From Candidatus Nanopusillus sp. (GTDB taxonomy: Archaea > Nanobdellota > Nanobdellia > Nanobdellales > Nanobdellaceae): 7,126 nucleotides of DNA. Below the pieces are notes generated by a model that saw nothing but the letters and a program-made list of their open reading frames with translations, had not been told where the DNA came from and did no database searches. The position numbers and the translations under genes were made by a program. Each line of letters opens with the position of its first letter. The stretch's first letter is position 1. This document shows positions 4,932 to 7,126 of the stretch, one piece after another. The stretch lies in NCBI GenBank assembly GCA_049414405.1, contig JBMSAQ010000017.1:1-7126 (forward strand), written 5' to 3'.

Positions 4932-5981
4932 ATGGGTTTAGCAGAGATAAGAGAACTAATAAAACCTATAATAAAGGAAGTTGATTTTTCATATTTATCT
5001 GGAAAAGTTGTTGCATTAGATGCATTTAATGCTTTATATCAATTTTTAGCCGCAATAAGACAACCTGATGGTACACCTTTGAAAGATTCTAAAGGAAGAG
5101 TTACTTCACACTTATCAGGTTTATTTTATAGAACAAAGAATTTAATTGAATATGGAATAAAAGTAATTTATATATTTGATGGCAAACATCCGGAATTTAA
5201 AAAAAGAGAACGGGAATTAAGAGAGGAACAAAGAAAAAAGATGGGAGAAAAATATAAAAGAGCAATTGAAATGGGTATAAAAGGGGATTTAAAAAAATAT
5301 GCAGAATTTACATCAAAATTGGAATTTAATATGATAGAGGAATCAAAGGAGTTGTTAAAAGTGATGGGGGTTCCATATGTACAAGCACCTTCTGAAGGAG
5401 AAGCACAGGCTGCATATCTAGTTAAAAAGGGAATTGCAGATTATGTTGGATCACAAGATTATGATTCCTTATTATTTGGAGGATTGAGAGTTGCAAGAAA
5501 TTTAACAATAAGTGGAAAAAGAAAAGTGAGAGGTGTAGAAGTTGAAATAAATCCAGAAATTATTGAATTAAATGACATATTAAATCATTTAAAGTTAGAT
5601 TATAAAAAGTTAATATGGTTTGCTTTGATTATTGGAACTGATTATAATCCAGACGGAATTCCGGGAATAGGGGTAAAAACTGCATACGAACTTGTAAAAA
5701 ATAGTGATGACCCTGAAAGATTGTTTAAATATGTTGGATGGGAAAAATATTATAAAGAAATTTCTTGGAAAGAGCTTGAAGAATTCTTTGAAGATCCACC
5801 GGTAACTGATATAAATAAAGAAGATATAAAGTTTGGAGAAGTTGATGAAGAAAAAATAAGAAAAATATTAATTGATGAACATGATTTTTCAGAAGATAGA
5901 GTAAATAAGGCTATTGAAGAACTAAAGAACGCATATAAAAAAGGTAGTCAAAAAAATATATTATCTTTTTTTGGAAAATAA
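4932..5981 (+). CDS. fen: Flap endonuclease 1 (FEN-1, XPG/Rad2 family)
   Basis: 349 aa. It has the N-domain (VALDAFNALYQFL, TSHLSGLFYRT, IYIFDG), the I-domain (APSEGEAQAAYL, VGSQDYDSLLFG), the H3TH (GTDYNPDGIPGIGVKTAYELV), and a C-terminal PCNA-interacting PIP box QKNILSFF (Q-x-x-I-x-x-F-F). Confidence 0.95.
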   Translation: MGLAEIRELIKPIIKEVDFSYLSGKVVALDAFNALYQFLAAIRQPDGTPLKDSKGRVTSHLSGLFYRTKNLIEYGIKVIYIFDGKHPEFKKRERELREEQRKKMGEKYKRAIEMGIKGDLKKYAEFTSKLEFNMIEESKELLKVMGVPYVQAPSEGEAQAAYLVKKGIADYVGSQDYDSLLFGGLRVARNLTISGKRKVRGVEVEINPEIIELNDILNHLKLDYKKLIWFALIIGTDYNPDGIPGIGVKTAYELVKNSDDPERLFKYVGWEKYYKEISWKELEEFFEDPPVTDINKEDIKFGEVDEEKIRKILIDEHDFSEDRVNKAIEELKNAYKKGSQKNILSFFGK

Positions 5982-6032
5982 TCAGAATGGGTAAAATTCA
6001 TCACCTTTCAGTATCTTTTTTTCATCATCTAT
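5978..6032 (-). ncRNA. C/D box sRNA (2'-O-methylation guide RNA)
   Basis: The minus strand reads 5'-AUAG|AUGAUGA|AAAAAAGAUA|CUGA|AAG|GUGAUGA|AUUUUACCCAUU|CUGA|UUAU-3'. C box 6028..6022, D' box 6011..6008, C' box 6004..5998, D box 5985..5982. All four boxes match consensus (RUGAUGA / CUGA). The D guide is the canonical 12 nt and the D' guide is 10 nt. A 4-bp terminal stem forms between 6032-6029 and 5981-5978 (one G-U pair). Confidence 0.75.
6016..6022 (+). terminator. Oligo-T tract (T7) downstream of fen
   Basis: A T7 run on the + strand lies 35 nt after the fen stop. Archaeal RNAP terminates at oligo-T. The same bases are the A-run of the sRNA D' guide on the other strand. Confidence 0.3.
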
Positions 6033-7126
6033 ATGCTTTACTAATATATTCCTCAAAACATCTATAAGTATTAAATATTGGACTTATTGTTCTTATTGCA
6101 TTCAATGATATATCTATATATTTATCATAATTATTTCTGTAAATGTTTAATACATAGTCTAATTTATTATAGAAATCTTCTACATCTTTATCATTTGTAT
6201 CTATATTTATATCATAATTATTTTCTCCAAAGAACCATCCATTATAATCATCAATTATTATTTCTAATGGGGAACCATCTCTTGAAAATAATGTAGGAGT
6301 ACCATTCATTGCAGCCCTCATCCAAGAAGTACCTGAAGCTTCAAATGGTGGTCTTGGAATATGTAAAAATAAATCCGTACCTGCTAAAATTGTTCTTTCT
6401 TGTTCATATCCTCTATTTAATATTAATCCAATTGGAGTATTCAATGTTGACATAATATCTAAAATCCATCTAATTGTATTTTTTACAAATTCATCTTTTG
6501 GATGAAACGTACCAGATAATAAAAATTGTGTTTTATATTTTTTATCTAATTCTTCAAATTTTTCCAGTCTCCATAATAACATATGAAATCTTTTATATTC
6601 GGTTAATCTCCTTTTTACAGAAATTAATATTCTATCTTCTCTAAATTCTTTGTTTGAATATGAATTTACATTTATATAATCTATTAAATCTTTTTTTACA
6701 ACATTTTTTACCTTTATGAATTCTTTCCTATTTATGGATTGTGCATATGCAAACTTTCCAGGTTCATTTCTCCATCCATGTAGATATGTATCATATAAAT
6801 ATTCAATCTTTTTATTTACCCACCTTAAATGATATACACCATTTGTTACATAATCTAACTTTTTATTATATACACTTTCAGTAATTATTTTATGTTTACA
6901 TGATACAGCATTTACATATCCGGATAATTCAAATAATATTTTTGTTAATGATAATTTATTTGGAGATAGATTTCTTATTTCGCCAGGAATATCATAATAT
7001 TTTTCTACTAGATCATAATCAAATGAATCATGACCTGCAATAATTGAATGAGTAGTAAATACAATCTTTTCTTTTACCTTATTTATATCCCTATATCTTT
7101 TATATAATTCTATTGCTAAAAAACCT
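6025..7126 (-). CDS. glgP: Alpha-glucan (glycogen/maltodextrin) phosphorylase, GT35 family, 5'-partial (N-terminus beyond window end); PLP-lysine replaced by Arg
   Basis: The track lists only 6025..6582, but the frame stays open upstream to the window edge. My translation from 7125: GFLAIELYKRYRDINKVKEKIVFTTHSIIAGHDSFDYDLVEKYYDIPGEIRNLSPNKLSLTKILFELSGYVNAVSCKHKIITESVYNKKLDYVTNGVYHLRWVNKKIEYLYDTYLHGWRNEPGKFAYAQSINRKEFIKVKNVVKKDLIDYINVNSYSNKEFREDRILISVKRRLTEYKRFHMLLW... Family motifs present: FTTHS..AGHD, TNGV.H..W, RRLTEYKR, and the phosphorylase signature EASGTSWMRAAMN (6342..6304). Confidence 0.85.
   Translation of the reverse strand, partial: GFLAIELYKRYRDINKVKEKIVFTTHSIIAGHDSFDYDLVEKYYDIPGEIRNLSPNKLSLTKILFELSGYVNAVSCKHKIITESVYNKKLDYVTNGVYHLRWVNKKIEYLYDTYLHGWRNEPGKFAYAQSINRKEFIKVKNVVKKDLIDYINVNSYSNKEFREDRILISVKRRLTEYKRFHMLLWRLEKFEELDKKYKTQFLLSGTFHPKDEFVKNTIRWILDIMSTLNTPIGLILNRGYEQERTILAGTDLFLHIPRPPFEASGTSWMRAAMNGTPTLFSRDGSPLEIIIDDYNGWFFGENNYDINIDTNDKDVEDFYNKLDYVLNIYRNNYDKYIDISLNAIRTISPIFNTYRCFEEYISKAYR

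Noticed and set aside
4256-5981. vapBC plus the adjacent nuclease gene (fen) as a novel defence module
   Set aside because: fen is a complete, canonical replication/repair FEN-1 with a PIP box and its own promoter. Adjacency is most simply explained by genome compaction.
6078-6296. 72-aa plus-strand ORF
   Set aside because: It is antisense inside the phosphorylase CDS. The translation is a repetitive Leu/Tyr/His-rich sequence with no recognisable features.
6580-6582. ATG at 6582 as the start of a 185-aa protein (as listed in the ORF track)
   Set aside because: The frame stays open upstream to the window edge and encodes conserved GT35 phosphorylase motifs (FTTHS..AGHD, TNGV.H..W, RRLTEYKR). 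The Met is internal to a much longer, 5'-truncated CDS.

Overview
This is a very AT-rich (by eye about a quarter G+C, not computed), tightly packed archaeal chromosome segment. The archaeal call rests on a FEN-1 gene with a C-terminal PIP box, TATA boxes about 26 nt upstream of start codons (leaderless layout), and a C/D box sRNA. Such extreme AT content and compactness would fit a small-genome thermophilic or DPANN/Nanoarchaeota-like archaeon, but that is only a guess.

Left to right:
- Two tandem paralogous minus-strand genes for N-terminally anchored, sequon-rich surface proteins. The first runs off the window.
- A YjbQ/UPF0047 gene broken by a TGG->TAG nonsense change plus a 1-nt insertion.
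- A family-less hypothetical gene (minus) that may be frameshifted near its 5' end.
- An AlaX-type tRNA trans-editing protein.
- A ~1.05 kb stretch with no ORF, which reads as a heavily decayed minus-strand gene starting with an ATP-cone domain.
- An overlapping vapB/vapC (RHH antitoxin, PIN toxin) pair.
- fen (flap endonuclease 1).
- A canonical C/D box sRNA filling the 43-bp convergent spacer.
- A GT35 alpha-glucan phosphorylase gene (minus). It continues to the window edge; the Met at 6582 in the ORF track is internal.

I saw no CRISPR array, tRNA/rRNA or transposase.

The most interesting signals:
- The sRNA is built partly from the stop codons of its neighbours.
- Gene erosion is concentrated here: two clear pseudogenes, one possible frameshift, phosphorylase PLP-Lys->Arg, and AlaX zinc-Cys->Asp.
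- The duplicated surface-protein genes have pilin-like (class III-like) signal peptides.

All family assignments come from motif recognition by eye. No database search was possible.
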